From the NCBI GenBank assembly GCA_963701965.1, contig OY969695.1, positions 2,112,001 to 2,176,000 of the forward strand: 64,000 bases of DNA, given 5' to 3'. The translations under genes and the position numbers were made by a program. The notes under the pieces are model-generated. The model searched no databases, had not been told where the DNA came from, and saw only the letters and a program-made list of their open reading frames with translations. Of the stretch, positions 51,397-62,117 are shown piece after piece; the stretch's first letter is position 1, and the number at the start of each line of letters is the position of its first letter. Source of the stretch: an uncultured Gemmatimonadales bacterium. GTDB lineage: Bacteria; Gemmatimonadota; Gemmatimonadetes; Gemmatimonadales; Gemmatimonadaceae.

Positions 51397-51499
51397 CGCT
51401 CGCATCGCCCTTCCGAAAAGACGACGGGCAGACGCGTGAGAGACGCGGGCCTCCGTACGATGGCACTCCAGTTGACCCATTCATACCGGAGAACGCTCC

Positions 51500-51889
51500 A
51501 TGCCATCGTGCCACCGCCTTGCTCTCATCACCCTCGCCGCGTGCGTCGCCTGGTGTGCGGGAGCGACGACGCTTGCCGCCCAGACGATCGACCCCAATGA
51601 GACGGGGCTGCCCATGTATCCGCACTTCACACAGGGGAGACAGTACCAACCGCCGCAGCACGACAGTGGCCGCGCCTACCACGTCTACACGGCAGGAACG
51701 AATGACTCCCTGCCGAGCGTGGAGGCGTGGTACCGGCACGCGATGCCGGGCGCAAAAGAGTCGCCCATCAAGAATGGGTTCATGACCGGCATTGCCTTGA
51801 CCGCGGGCGGCAACAAGGTCCAGGTCTACCAGCTCGGCAGCGCGAGGGGTGCCGTCGTGGAGCTGTGGAAGCTTCTGCCAGCGCAGTGA
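51500..51889 (+). CDS. Secreted hypothetical protein
   Basis: Signal peptide, GLPMYP motif and GGAG RBS. Confidence 0.7.
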   Translation: MPSCHRLALITLAACVAWCAGATTLAAQTIDPNETGLPMYPHFTQGRQYQPPQHDSGRAYHVYTAGTNDSLPSVEAWYRHAMPGAKESPIKNGFMTGIALTAGGNKVQVYQLGSARGAVVELWKLLPAQ

Positions 51890-51898
51890 CCAAACCCG

Positions 51899-52915
<1,017 letters not shown>

Positions 52916-53320
52916 CTAGTGGGAAGTTCCCAGGTATTGCTCTTCGCTCACCTTCTCCAGCCAGTCGACCGCTTTGCCATCGAGCGCCTCTTGGATGGCG
53001 AAGTGGGTCATGGCGGTGGTCGGCGATGCTCCGTGCCAGTGGCGCTCACCGGGCGCGAACCAGACCACATCGCCGGGCCGGATCTCCTCGATCCGGCCGC
53101 CGTCGCGCTGGGCCAGGCCACTGCCCGCGGTGACGATGAGCACTTGGCCGAGCGGGTGCGTGTGCCACGCCGTGCGCGCGCCGGGCTCGAACGTGACGGC
53201 ATTGCCAGCGGCGCGCGCGGGAGCCTGGGCTCCGAATAACGGATCGATCCGCACCGTGCCGGTGAACCACTCGGCAGGACCTTTGCCTGATGGCTGCGAA
53301 CCGGACCGTTTGATCTCCAT
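52916..53320 (-). CDS. Cupin domain protein
   Basis: [11 protein letters not shown] and HWHGA. Confidence 0.92.
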   Translation of the reverse strand: MEIKRSGSQPSGKGPAEWFTGTVRIDPLFGAQAPARAAGNAVTFEPGARTAWHTHPLGQVLIVTAGSGLAQRDGGRIEEIRPGDVVWFAPGERHWHGASPTTAMTHFAIQEALDGKAVDWLEKVSEEQYLGTSH

Positions 53321-53332
53321 CAGAGAACTATA

Positions 53333-54097
53333 TCAGTACTCGTCGTGTCGGCGGAACCAGGGCCCGGTCTCGTTGCGTCCGAGCGGGGCACGGTCGAGCC
53401 ACTGGTACATACCCCAGAGCCCGTCGATCCCGCGCGCGTAGGCCGAATAGGTGTGATAGACGACGCCATCCTCGAGCGCGAACACGCTCACGCCGGGGGA
53501 TTCCCGCCGATACGTCGCCCAGTCGGTTCCCAGGTCCGCCGCGACTTTGGCCCAGGGGTTGTCTTTGGCCATCGCCAGGGATGGTCGCATGTCGATCGTC
53601 CGGAAGTTGTACTCGAGCGCGCCCGACTGCTGCTGCGCCTTGGTGTGCGCCGCCTGGAAGTCGAAGTTGAAGTCGCTGTCGCCCGAAGACGCCCAGGGGA
53701 AATGCCATCCCATCCGCTGTTTGTACGCCCGCAGCTTGGCGAGCGGAGCCCGCGACACCGCGCCGAGTGTGACGTCGTGGTGCGCGAGGTGGACGACAAA
53801 GCCGTCGAATCCGTCCGCGATCGATGAGCAGGATGGACATCCGGCGGTGTAGTCCCGACCGAACATGAAGTGGTAGATGAGAAGTTGCGACCGTCCCCGG
53901 AACAGGTCGGCGAGCGACGCCGGACCTTCGTCGGTGTCGAACCGATAGTCCTTCTCGACGCGCACCCAGGGCAGCTCCCGCCGCCGCTCGGCCAGGTCGT
54001 CACTGCGCCGTGTCAGATCCTTCTCGGCCTCGAGTAGCTCCAACCGGGCTGTCAGCCACTCTTCCCGGGTTCCCGTCCTATGGGTCATCTGGGTCAT
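53333..54097 (-). CDS. DUF899 thioredoxin-like protein
   Basis: RRELPW, YHFMFG, GCPSCS and YHTYS. Confidence 0.93.
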   Translation of the reverse strand: MTQMTHRTGTREEWLTARLELLEAEKDLTRRSDDLAERRRELPWVRVEKDYRFDTDEGPASLADLFRGRSQLLIYHFMFGRDYTAGCPSCSSIADGFDGFVVHLAHHDVTLGAVSRAPLAKLRAYKQRMGWHFPWASSGDSDFNFDFQAAHTKAQQQSGALEYNFRTIDMRPSLAMAKDNPWAKVAADLGTDWATYRRESPGVSVFALEDGVVYHTYSAYARGIDGLWGMYQWLDRAPLGRNETGPWFRRHDEY

Positions 54098-54119
54098 CGC
54101 TTTCTCCTCGTAGGGGTCG

Positions 54120-54145
54120 TATATTCAACCCATCGGTTGAATATA
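54120..54145. promoter_or_regulatory. ArsR-type operator in the DUF899/beta-lactamase divergon
   Basis: Perfect 11-bp inverted repeat TATATTCAACC-CATC-GGTTGAATATA. Confidence 0.8.
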
Positions 54146-54178
54146 TAGTTCCCACGGGGCGCGCTAGATTCGAGCGCC

Positions 54179-55105
54179 ATGCGCCAGCTTATTCTTCCGT
54201 TCGCTCTGTGCGGTGCCCCCGCGCTCGCGCAACCCGCGCTGCAAGCGCGCGTCGCGAGCATCGCGGCGGACGCCCACGGCACCGTCTCTGTCGCGTGCCT
54301 GCTCCCAGGTACCGCGCTCAATTGCGATCTGCATCCGCACAACCATTCGCCGATGCAGTCGGTCTTCAAGTACCCGCTCGCGCTCACCGTTCTGCATCGC
54401 GCGGAAGCCGGCACGCTGCTGCCGGGTCAGCGTCCGGGCGAGGCGATCGCCGTCACCCTCGACCGGACCGTCCGCTTCTTGCCGGAAGACCGTCTTCCCG
54501 GCGCGTTCAGCCCGCTGCAGGATCGCTACCCAGACGCGAACGTCGACGTCCCGCTGCGCGAGCTCGTTCAACTCGCCGCCGGCGTCAGCGACAACGGGGC
54601 CACCGGGACGCTCCTGCGCGTGGTCGGCGGCCCAGCCGTTGTCGAGGCCTATATCCGCTCGCTGGGCGTCACGGAGTTCCAACTACAGGACGGCGAGCAC
54701 GTCCTCCAAAGCGATCCGACGGCGCAATACCGTAACTGGCTCGAGCCCGCCGCCGCTGTGCGTCTCCTCCAGCGCCTGGTCACGAATCCCCCGCTGTCGC
54801 CCGAGGCCAACGCCTTTCTCGTCGAGACGCTCACCGCTTCGGTCTCCGGTCCCCACCGTTTGCGGGCCGGACTGCCCGCGGGTACGGTGCTCGCCCACAA
54901 GACGGGGACGTCAGGGGAGCATCAGGGCAAGGCCGAAGCCACCAACGATATGGGCCTCATCACTCTGCCCGATGGTCGCCATCTCGCCGTCGCCGTCTTC
55001 GTGACCGACGCGCACGCCGACGAAGCCACGCGCGACCGTGTCATCGCCGAGATCGGCCGCGCGGTGTACGACGAGGCGCTACACACGCACGGATCTACGG
55101 AGTAG
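54179..55105 (+). CDS. bla: Class A beta-lactamase, subclass A2-like
   Basis: PMQSVFK (SxxK), SDN, omega-loop Glu (QDGE), KTGTSG and ATND. Confidence 0.9.
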   Translation: MRQLILPFALCGAPALAQPALQARVASIAADAHGTVSVACLLPGTALNCDLHPHNHSPMQSVFKYPLALTVLHRAEAGTLLPGQRPGEAIAVTLDRTVRFLPEDRLPGAFSPLQDRYPDANVDVPLRELVQLAAGVSDNGATGTLLRVVGGPAVVEAYIRSLGVTEFQLQDGEHVLQSDPTAQYRNWLEPAAAVRLLQRLVTNPPLSPEANAFLVETLTASVSGPHRLRAGLPAGTVLAHKTGTSGEHQGKAEATNDMGLITLPDGRHLAVAVFVTDAHADEATRDRVIAEIGRAVYDEALHTHGSTE

Positions 55106-55487
55106 CTGTGGCAAACGCGGTGTCGAAGATGACGTCATTCGTGGCGCCTTGAGCCACGGTCACTATTAGCCCCTGGCGACCGGGCGTGGCGCCGAGCGTC
55201 CACACCGTGCTGGCTTTGCCCGAGCTGTCAATGGTGACCGTTCCTGCGCTCACACTGCCGTCGGTCACCGGATTGAAAAGTGCAAAGAGGCCAACGGCCG
55301 GGTGACCGTTGGAGTCGACGGCTTGGATGACGATCGGTAACGCAAGCGCGGTACCGACTGTGCCCTGCTGCGAGTTGCCAGAGATGATAGTGACCTTGGC
55401 GAGTTGGCTCGGCTTCGCGGGCGCGCTGGAGTCGCTACACGCGAGTGCCACGGCCAACGCGACGATGAGGAGGAATGGGATGCGCAT
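55095..55487 (-). CDS. Ig-like domain lipoprotein
   Basis: Lipobox ALAC; SGNSQQGTVGTAL and WTLG. Confidence 0.75.
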   Translation of the reverse strand: MRIPFLLIVALAVALACSDSSAPAKPSQLAKVTIISGNSQQGTVGTALALPIVIQAVDSNGHPAVGLFALFNPVTDGSVSAGTVTIDSSGKASTVWTLGATPGRQGLIVTVAQGATNDVIFDTAFATATP

Positions 55488-55613
55488 GTTGCCAATGATG
55501 CGCAGTGCGATACGAACCGCAAGAGCGCCGCTGGTTCGCCGTCGTAATTGGTATCGTCGAAACATCAGCGTTTGGATCTCCCGTTGGGAGTGTCCGGTCC
55601 TACTCTCATACTC

Positions 55614-56339
55614 ATGAGGTACGGCCGTATCGCGTTCGCGCTTGGTATTATCGCCTCGGGCGTCCTGAACATCGTCAACGGGGACTTCTCCGGCGCGTGG
55701 CTGCCCTCCTGGCTGCCGACGCACGGCGTGCTCGCCTATCTCTGTGGCGCGCTGATGGTGCTGGCCGGCCTCGGCCTGCTCGTCGAGCGCGCCGCCGCGG
55801 TGTCGGCGCGGGTCCTCTTCGTGTTCACGCTGCTCTGGCTGGTAGTGATCAACACGCCGAGGCTCTTCTCGATGGAGAACGTCTCGCTCAACTGGTTGGA
55901 CTGGGGTGAGATCGCCGTGATCGTCGCCGGCACGTTGGCCCTGGCGGCCACGAACGAGATGTCCGTTCGGGTCGCGCGGTATCTCTTCGGGATCGCCGTG
56001 ATCCCGATCGGGATCTCCCACTTCACCTTTCTGAGCTTCGCGACGCACATGGTCCCGGCCGCGCTGCCGTACCACGCGGGATGGGTGATCTTCACCGGCA
56101 TTGCGCACATCGCGGCCGCCGTCGCGATCGTCATCGGTGTCTATGCCCCTCTGGCGGCACTCCTTGAAGCGAGTATGATCACATCGTTCGCCCTGCTGGT
56201 GTGGGTGATGCCCATCATCGCTCAGCCAACCAAGGTGTCGCTGTGGTTTCCCGAAGTGCTAACTTTGGCCGTGGCTGGTGGCGCATGGGCGATCGCCAGC
56301 ACAATGCCTGTCAAATCCAAAACCCTGACGGTCCTATGA
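55614..56339 (+). CDS. DoxX-like membrane protein
   Basis: About 8 TM segments; GISHF and FTGIAHIAA. Confidence 0.75.
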   Translation: MRYGRIAFALGIIASGVLNIVNGDFSGAWLPSWLPTHGVLAYLCGALMVLAGLGLLVERAAAVSARVLFVFTLLWLVVINTPRLFSMENVSLNWLDWGEIAVIVAGTLALAATNEMSVRVARYLFGIAVIPIGISHFTFLSFATHMVPAALPYHAGWVIFTGIAHIAAAVAIVIGVYAPLAALLEASMITSFALLVWVMPIIAQPTKVSLWFPEVLTLAVAGGAWAIASTMPVKSKTLTVL

Positions 56340-57682
56340 GACGCTTTGCTTCCGCATCCCTCGCATGCCTGATATCGGTGGCGATGTCGACTGCGCACGC
56401 CAATGGGGTCCAGAATTGCCACATCGGCGCCTATCGGCTGACCAACGGCACGCTGATCGACATCGATCCGGAGATGGGGATGGAGATGAGCGATACGCTG
56501 CGATGGATTCAGCTCAATGGGAAGACCGGCCAGATCCACGAGGGCGCGAACGGGAAATGGTCAGGGACCATCGGCTGGACGCATCACGACGACGGCACGG
56601 TCGTTTCGTTTTCCGCTTGTCCGGAGAGCCGCATTCAGTTCAATGGCATCTCGGGACAACGCATACCGTTCGCTGTCCAGAACACGACGTTCGAGAGTCG
56701 CGGCGTCAAGCTGGCCGGCCGCCTCGTCATGCCAACCGGCACGGACAAGGTGCCGGTGGTCGTTCTGCTCCACGGCTCGGACCCCGGCTCGGGTCTCGAT
56801 GGCTTCTTCCTGCAGCGCATGTTGCCCGCCCAGGGCGTGGGCGCGTTCGTATTCGACAAGCGCGGCACCGGAAAGTCCGGCGGCAAGTACACGCAGGATT
56901 ACGACGTATTGGCTGACGACGGCGTCGCCGCAATGCGCGAAGCGCGGCGTTTGGCCGGTGCGCGCGCGGGACGCGTCGGGTATCAAGGGGGCAGTCAGGC
57001 CGGATGGGTCGCCCCGCTCGCGGCGAGTCGCGCCCCGGTCGACTTTGTCGTCGCTGCCTACGGATTGGCCATCAACGTGATCGAAGAAGATCAACAATCG
57101 GTCGAGCTCCAATTGCGCGAAAAGGGATACTCCCCCTCCGATATTGCTGTCGCGCTCTCGGTCGCCAGTGCGGCGGAAGCGGTCTTCGAAAGCAATTTCG
57201 CGCAAGAGAAAATCGATCAGTTCAATGCGATACGGACCAAGTACCGCGGAGCGCGCTGGTATAAGGACCTGGAAGGCGACTATACCTGGATATTCTTACC
57301 CAAGTCGAAGGCCGAGCTCCGGGCGATGGCCCCCCAGTTCGATTGGCACGTTCCCTTTCGCTACGATCCCATGCCGGTCCTCCGGAACGCCACGGTGCCG
57401 GAGTTGTGGGTCCTCGGCGGGGAGGACTACGAAGCACCCAGCGCCGAGACGCGCCGGCGCTTGGAGTCCCTGATCGCTAATGGGCGGCCGTTCACCGTAG
57501 CCTACTATCCGCACGCCGACCACGTGATGATATCGTTCGAGAACGGCAAGGATGGGTCGCGCATCGGGACCGGGTTCGTGCCCGGTTTCTTCCAGATGAT
57601 CCGGGACTTTGCGGTCGACGGGCAGCTCCATGGAACGTATGGGGACGCCGAGCTCACCGCGCCGCACACGCGTCATTCGTAA
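56336..57682 (+). CDS. Secreted alpha/beta hydrolase (S9/S15-like)
   Basis: LHGS, DKRGTGKS, GGSQAG and ADH; ATGA coupling. Confidence 0.85.
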   Translation: MRRFASASLACLISVAMSTAHANGVQNCHIGAYRLTNGTLIDIDPEMGMEMSDTLRWIQLNGKTGQIHEGANGKWSGTIGWTHHDDGTVVSFSACPESRIQFNGISGQRIPFAVQNTTFESRGVKLAGRLVMPTGTDKVPVVVLLHGSDPGSGLDGFFLQRMLPAQGVGAFVFDKRGTGKSGGKYTQDYDVLADDGVAAMREARRLAGARAGRVGYQGGSQAGWVAPLAASRAPVDFVVAAYGLAINVIEEDQQSVELQLREKGYSPSDIAVALSVASAAEAVFESNFAQEKIDQFNAIRTKYRGARWYKDLEGDYTWIFLPKSKAELRAMAPQFDWHVPFRYDPMPVLRNATVPELWVLGGEDYEAPSAETRRRLESLIANGRPFTVAYYPHADHVMISFENGKDGSRIGTGFVPGFFQMIRDFAVDGQLHGTYGDAELTAPHTRHS

Positions 57683-57742
57683 TGGAGGGCGACGCGGGGG
57701 GCTAGCCGAGTCGGGTGCTTTGCTGTATGTACTCGCTCTACC

Positions 57743-59407
57743 ATGCGCAAATTTCTGCTGTGCGCGCTCCTCGCGACCCAGACTGTGAGCGCGCAGTCGA
57801 CGACCGCCGCCATCACCACGGCGGACCTTCAGCACCGTCTCGAGATCATCGCCGACGACTCGATGATGGGTCGGGAGTCGGGTAGCAAAGGCGATTTCCT
57901 GACCGCCGCGTACGTCGCCGCGGAGTTCCGGCGACTGGGACTGCGACCGGCCGGCGAAAATGGCACCTACTTCCAGACGGTGCCATTCTGGATCGCGGCG
58001 GTGGACACCACATCCCGACTCGCCGTCCAAGGCACGACGCTCCAGGTGGTGCGGGATTTCCTGCCATCGAACGTCCGGTCGCCCGCTCGCGCGCTCGACG
58101 GCGTGACGGTCATCTATGGGGGCAGTGTCACGGACAGCGCCGGGTGGATTCCGGCGGAACAGGCGGCGGGGAAAATCGTGCTGCTCGATGTCCCGCGCAC
58201 CGCCGTGCTGACCGGACGGACGCGGACACTTGCATTTTTCGGCCTGGGCGCCCTGCACCGCTGGCGGCCGGCTGCCGCCGTCGCCATCGCGTCGCTCGAC
58301 AAGCTGACCAGCGAGTCGTTCGCCCGGTTGCGCTGGGGCATACCGATCACCGACACGACGCGCGACACGTCGATCGCGCCATTGGTCCTGGTGACCCGAC
58401 ACGCCGCCGCGCTCCTCGCGGGCGCCGAGCCGTCGACGCTCAAACCGGGCGCCGTGGGGGCCCAGGTCAGCGGTCGATTCGACATCGCGCGGACACCGGT
58501 GCCGTTCCCCGCGCGCAACGTGGTCGCCGTGCTGGCCGGGAGCGATCCCAAGCTCCGCGGCGAGTACGTCTCGCTCACGGCACACAACGACCACGTGGGG
58601 TTCGACCACAGTCCCGTGGATCACGACTCGCTCCGCGCCTTCAATCGCGTGATCCGGCCGATGGGCGCCGACTCGCCGATGCGCGACCCGACCTCAGAGG
58701 AGTGGACGCGCATTCGGGCGATCATCGATAGTGCGCGACACCAGCATCCGCCGCGACCGGACTCGATCCGGAACGGCGCGGACAATGACGGCACCGGGAC
58801 GGTCGCGATCCTCGAGATCGCCGAAGCAATGGCGCGCGGCGGCCCGCACCCCAAGCGCTCGATACTGTTCGTCAGTCACACGGGCGAGGAAGCCGGCCTG
58901 CTCGGCTCCCGCTGGTTTACCGATCATCCGACGGTGCCGCTCGACTCCATCGTCGGGGAGATCGATCAGGACATGGTCGGCCGCGGCAAGACCACAGACT
59001 TTCCGCGGGGCGGCACGGGGGCGGGCGATCCGACGTATCTGGAAGTGGTCGGCGCCAAGCGACTCTCCCACCAGTTCGGCGACCTCTTGGAAGCCGCGAA
59101 TGCCCGCCAACCCGTCCCGTTCGTGTTCGACTACGAGTACGACGTGCCCGGGCATCCGCTACAGTACTACTGCCGGGCCGACCACTATAGTTACGCGCGA
59201 TACGGGATTCCGTCGGTGGCGCTCTCCCGCGGCGAGCACTTGGACTATCACCAGGTGACCGACGAAGAGCAGTACATCGACTACCCGGACCTGGCACGCG
59301 TGACGCGCATGGTGTACGACGCGGCAATGGCGCTAGCGAACGCGCCGACGCGACCGGCGCTCGATGCGCCAAAGCAAAAGGATCCGCACGCGCAGTGCGT
59401 TCAATGA
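57743..59407 (+). CDS. M28 family peptidase
   Basis: AHNDH, GADNDGTG, GEEAGLLGS, DMVGR and DYHQVTD. Confidence 0.92.
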   Translation: MRKFLLCALLATQTVSAQSTTAAITTADLQHRLEIIADDSMMGRESGSKGDFLTAAYVAAEFRRLGLRPAGENGTYFQTVPFWIAAVDTTSRLAVQGTTLQVVRDFLPSNVRSPARALDGVTVIYGGSVTDSAGWIPAEQAAGKIVLLDVPRTAVLTGRTRTLAFFGLGALHRWRPAAAVAIASLDKLTSESFARLRWGIPITDTTRDTSIAPLVLVTRHAAALLAGAEPSTLKPGAVGAQVSGRFDIARTPVPFPARNVVAVLAGSDPKLRGEYVSLTAHNDHVGFDHSPVDHDSLRAFNRVIRPMGADSPMRDPTSEEWTRIRAIIDSARHQHPPRPDSIRNGADNDGTGTVAILEIAEAMARGGPHPKRSILFVSHTGEEAGLLGSRWFTDHPTVPLDSIVGEIDQDMVGRGKTTDFPRGGTGAGDPTYLEVVGAKRLSHQFGDLLEAANARQPVPFVFDYEYDVPGHPLQYYCRADHYSYARYGIPSVALSRGEHLDYHQVTDEEQYIDYPDLARVTRMVYDAAMALANAPTRPALDAPKQKDPHAQCVQ

Positions 59408-59409
59408 TC

Positions 59410-59898
59410 CTACGTGGTCCCGTCACCCGCTGTGAGCTCAATGACATTCCCATTCAACCGCACGACTGCTGTGAACCAATAGTGCCCCGGCGATACGCCC
59501 GCGTTCTGCAGTTCCGCGGCCGAGATCTGGCCGGCAAAACGTGCGGTGGCGCCGGGGTCCAGACGAACGACGACGTCGGCCAATGGACATGTCTTGCTCC
59601 CCACGTGGTCGTAGACGGGTGATCCGGCGCGGTCCGGGGACTGATACGCGCGCATGAGCACGGCACAGCCGCCGACCAGTATGCTATCAGGCGCCGATGT
59701 GATGTTGAGCAGGGATACCGAGTCGGCCAAGACCAACGGTGATGGTGCCACGGTGATGGCGATTGACGAGTAGCGGATACCGTTCACCGTCACGGTGTTC
59801 TGGTCGCGATTGCCGGGCGCGGTCGTATCACCACACGCCGCGACCAGACTGGCAATGACCATCGTGGTGGTGCTACTGACGATTCGGAGTGGCCTCAT
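59410..59898 (-). CDS. Hypothetical lipoprotein
   Basis: Lipobox VAAC; beta-rich domain with two Cys. Confidence 0.7.
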   Translation of the reverse strand: MRPLRIVSSTTTMVIASLVAACGDTTAPGNRDQNTVTVNGIRYSSIAITVAPSPLVLADSVSLLNITSAPDSILVGGCAVLMRAYQSPDRAGSPVYDHVGSKTCPLADVVVRLDPGATARFAGQISAAELQNAGVSPGHYWFTAVVRLNGNVIELTAGDGTT

Positions 59899-60123
59899 GG
59901 CGGCAGTCCTATTTGGTATTACGGAGAACGTCGTCCCTGGTGATTCTGACAGACCTTACCTACATGACCCGAGGGCTCGTGCCCGGGTCCCGCGATCATG
60001 GTGGTCGACCCCAAAACTTTCCAGAAGTGGCGTATCGCGGCCGGGTGGTGAACGGCGGCCGGCCGATCGCGTAACTTTCGTCCCGGCTCCGATGCGGTTC
60101 GGACCTTAACGAGGGAGAACCTG

Positions 60124-60732
60124 ATGCAGTTGGATCTTCGCGGGGTGGGAGCATTTCTCGCCGCGGCTTGCGTATTGGCGCCGGGGGCGCGCGCGCAGGC
60201 ACCGGCAGCAGAACCAGCGTCCGGTCCGGACGTTGGCGCCATGGCACCCGATTTTACGCTGCCGGGCGCGACGCGGTACGGTCTGCTCAAGGGGCAGGTG
60301 CACTTGAGCGACTATCGCGGGCAGACGGTCGTGTTGGCCTTCTTCTACAAGGCGCGGACCAAAGGCTGAACGATCCAAATGGAGGCGTACCGTGATCAGT
60401 ACGCCACGCTCTTTCACAACGGCCGCAAGGTTACCGTCATCGGCATCAGTGTCGATCCGGATACCACCCTGGCCGCCTGGGCACACGAATCGGATTTTCC
60501 GATCGTCTTCGCCAGCGACAGTGGCAGCGTCATCGGCAAGCAGTATGGCGCCTACGATGCCCAGTACAAAGTCGACAACCGATCGCTGTTCGTCGTAGGG
60601 CCGGACGGGAAGGTCACGTACGTGACGAAACCGTTCAAAGTGTTGGCACCCGCCGCGTACTCCGATTTGGCGAAGGCCATCGATAAAGTCACGCCGGCAC
60701 CACCCGCTTCGGCGAGCGCGTCGGGCGGGTAG
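60124..60732 (+). CDS. Exported peroxiredoxin (BCP/AhpE-like), putative selenoprotein with UGA = Sec at codon 82
   Basis: Two track ORFs are in the same frame and separated only by TGA 60367-60369. Joined protein: APDFTLP, LAFFYKARTKG-U-TIQM, VIGISVD, FASD, NRSLFVVGPDG. Confidence 0.85.
60384..60405 (+). promoter_or_regulatory. Candidate bacterial SECIS element
   Basis: Hairpin GGCGTAC-CGTGATCA-GTACGCC, 14 nt after the UGA; GU at loop positions 2-3. Confidence 0.65.
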
Positions 60733-60737
60733 TTCGA

Positions 60738-61226
60738 CTACAACGCTTTCTTGATCGCGGCGTCAAGGTCCTGCGTGCCGCCGACTCCGGTATAGACCAC
60801 CTTACCGGCGCGATCAATGACGACGACGTACGACGTCGCGGGAGCATCATAGGCTCCCGCGGCGTTGCCGTCGGCGTCATACACGACCGGTTCCGGCATG
60901 TGATGCGCGGCGGCGTGCTTCTGCACCCTTTCGAAAGACTCGTTGATCGCTACCGCGACGGTGACAAAACGCACGCGTCCCGCGTATTTGGCCTGCGCGG
61001 CGGTCAGGGCGGGCTCGAGCTCCTTGCAGTTCGGGCACCAGGTCGCCCAGAACTCGACGAGCGTCGGTTCGGGGCCAACGAGGTGGGACAGGTCGACCGA
61101 TTTCCCATCCAACGATCGCACGAGGGCCGCCGGGGCCTTGGTCCCGAGCGCGATGCCGCCATCCTGCGCGTATACCGGCGCCGCCAGGAGAATGACGCCG
61201 GCCGTCATGAAGGTCGCAATGGACAT
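60738..61226 (-). CDS. TlpA-family thiol-disulfide oxidoreductase
   Basis: Signal peptide; EFWATWCPNC. Confidence 0.92.
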   Translation of the reverse strand: MSIATFMTAGVILLAAPVYAQDGGIALGTKAPAALVRSLDGKSVDLSHLVGPEPTLVEFWATWCPNCKELEPALTAAQAKYAGRVRFVTVAVAINESFERVQKHAAAHHMPEPVVYDADGNAAGAYDAPATSYVVVIDRAGKVVYTGVGGTQDLDAAIKKAL

Positions 61227-61234
61227 GGCAATCC

Positions 61235-61954
61235 TTAAATCAGTTGTTGGCCCGTCAGGATGAGATAGTACTCCGCGGCGCCGAGCATGATCAACGCGAA
61301 CGCGCGTTTGACCCACAGCATCCACGCGCCCGCGCGCGGGAGACGGGCCAGCGCGCCCGTCGAGAGACCGGCGACCACGAGGAACGTGCACATCCCGAGC
61401 GAGAAGACGAACAAGTAGATGAACCCCAGCACCGCGCTGTGCGTGGTACCGACCCACGTCAGGATGGCGGCCATGACCGGCGCCGAGCACGGCGCGGCCA
61501 CCAACCCCGACGCCGCGCCCATGACCAGCGCGCCAACCGCGCCGCCACCCCGTCCCGCGCCCACGGCGCGGGCCATCAGCGCTGACGGGATGGGGACAGG
61601 CATGACGTCCAGCATGACCAGGGCGAACACGATGAGGAGATTCGCCATCGCGAAGTACGCCCATGGATTCGAGCTGACGGATCCGAACAGCGTGCCCGTG
61701 AGGCCGGCCAGGAGGCCCAACGTCGCGTACACGAGCGCGAGCCCGAGGACGTAGCTCAACGTGAGCGCGAGGGGCCGCACCCGCGACCCGCCGGAGTCGC
61801 GCCCGACACTCTCGCCACCGACGATGGCCGCCGTGATGGGAATCATCGGGTAAATGCACGGCGTGAAGCTCGTGAGCACCCCGGCCCCGAAGACGAATGG
61901 CACCGCGGTCCAGGGGTGGGACGACAGCTGTGCCGCGAGTTGGGCGTGGTCCAT
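61235..61954 (-). CDS. ccdA: CcdA/DsbD-beta membrane electron transporter
   Basis: SFTPCIYPMIP and AAPCSAP. Confidence 0.9.
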   Translation of the reverse strand: MDHAQLAAQLSSHPWTAVPFVFGAGVLTSFTPCIYPMIPITAAIVGGESVGRDSGGSRVRPLALTLSYVLGLALVYATLGLLAGLTGTLFGSVSSNPWAYFAMANLLIVFALVMLDVMPVPIPSALMARAVGAGRGGGAVGALVMGAASGLVAAPCSAPVMAAILTWVGTTHSAVLGFIYLFVFSLGMCTFLVVAGLSTGALARLPRAGAWMLWVKRAFALIMLGAAEYYLILTGQQLI

Positions 61955-62069
61955 GGCAATGTAACATAAGGCATGGCCACGAGCGCATGTTTCGCTCACG
62001 GATCTCAACACCAGATCTGTGTTTCAGGGGTCGGCCGGCGATCCCCGAAATGCGCCGTGGCTGTTTGAG

Positions 62070-62110
62070 TAGCCAATGGGCTATTATAATCGTCAATTGG
62101 CTATTATAAT
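62070..62110 (+). promoter_or_regulatory. Repeat-rich promoter/operator of the wHTH-DUF6036 operon
   Basis: CAAT(G/T)GGCTATTATAAT twice at a 20-bp period, plus inverted TAGCCAAT/ATTGGCTA; TATAAT 7 nt before the ATG. Confidence 0.75.
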
Positions 62111-62117
62111 ACCATCA

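Noticed and set aside
51400..51470. Possible c-di-GMP-I riboswitch (GAAA, GACGC...GCCTCCG)
   Set aside because: The resemblance is superficial: the GGCAAAC element and a convincing P1/P2 pairing are missing.
59899..60123. Possible ncRNA upstream of the Sec-peroxiredoxin
   Set aside because: Only short GC-rich pairings are present, with no recognisable family motif; it is explained as a divergent promoter region.
61227..62096. 452-aa ORF suggesting a CcdA-TlpA fusion
   Set aside because: The upstream part is an off-frame overlap of ccdA. ccdA has its own stop at 61235 and tlpA has its own RBS and ATG at 61226.
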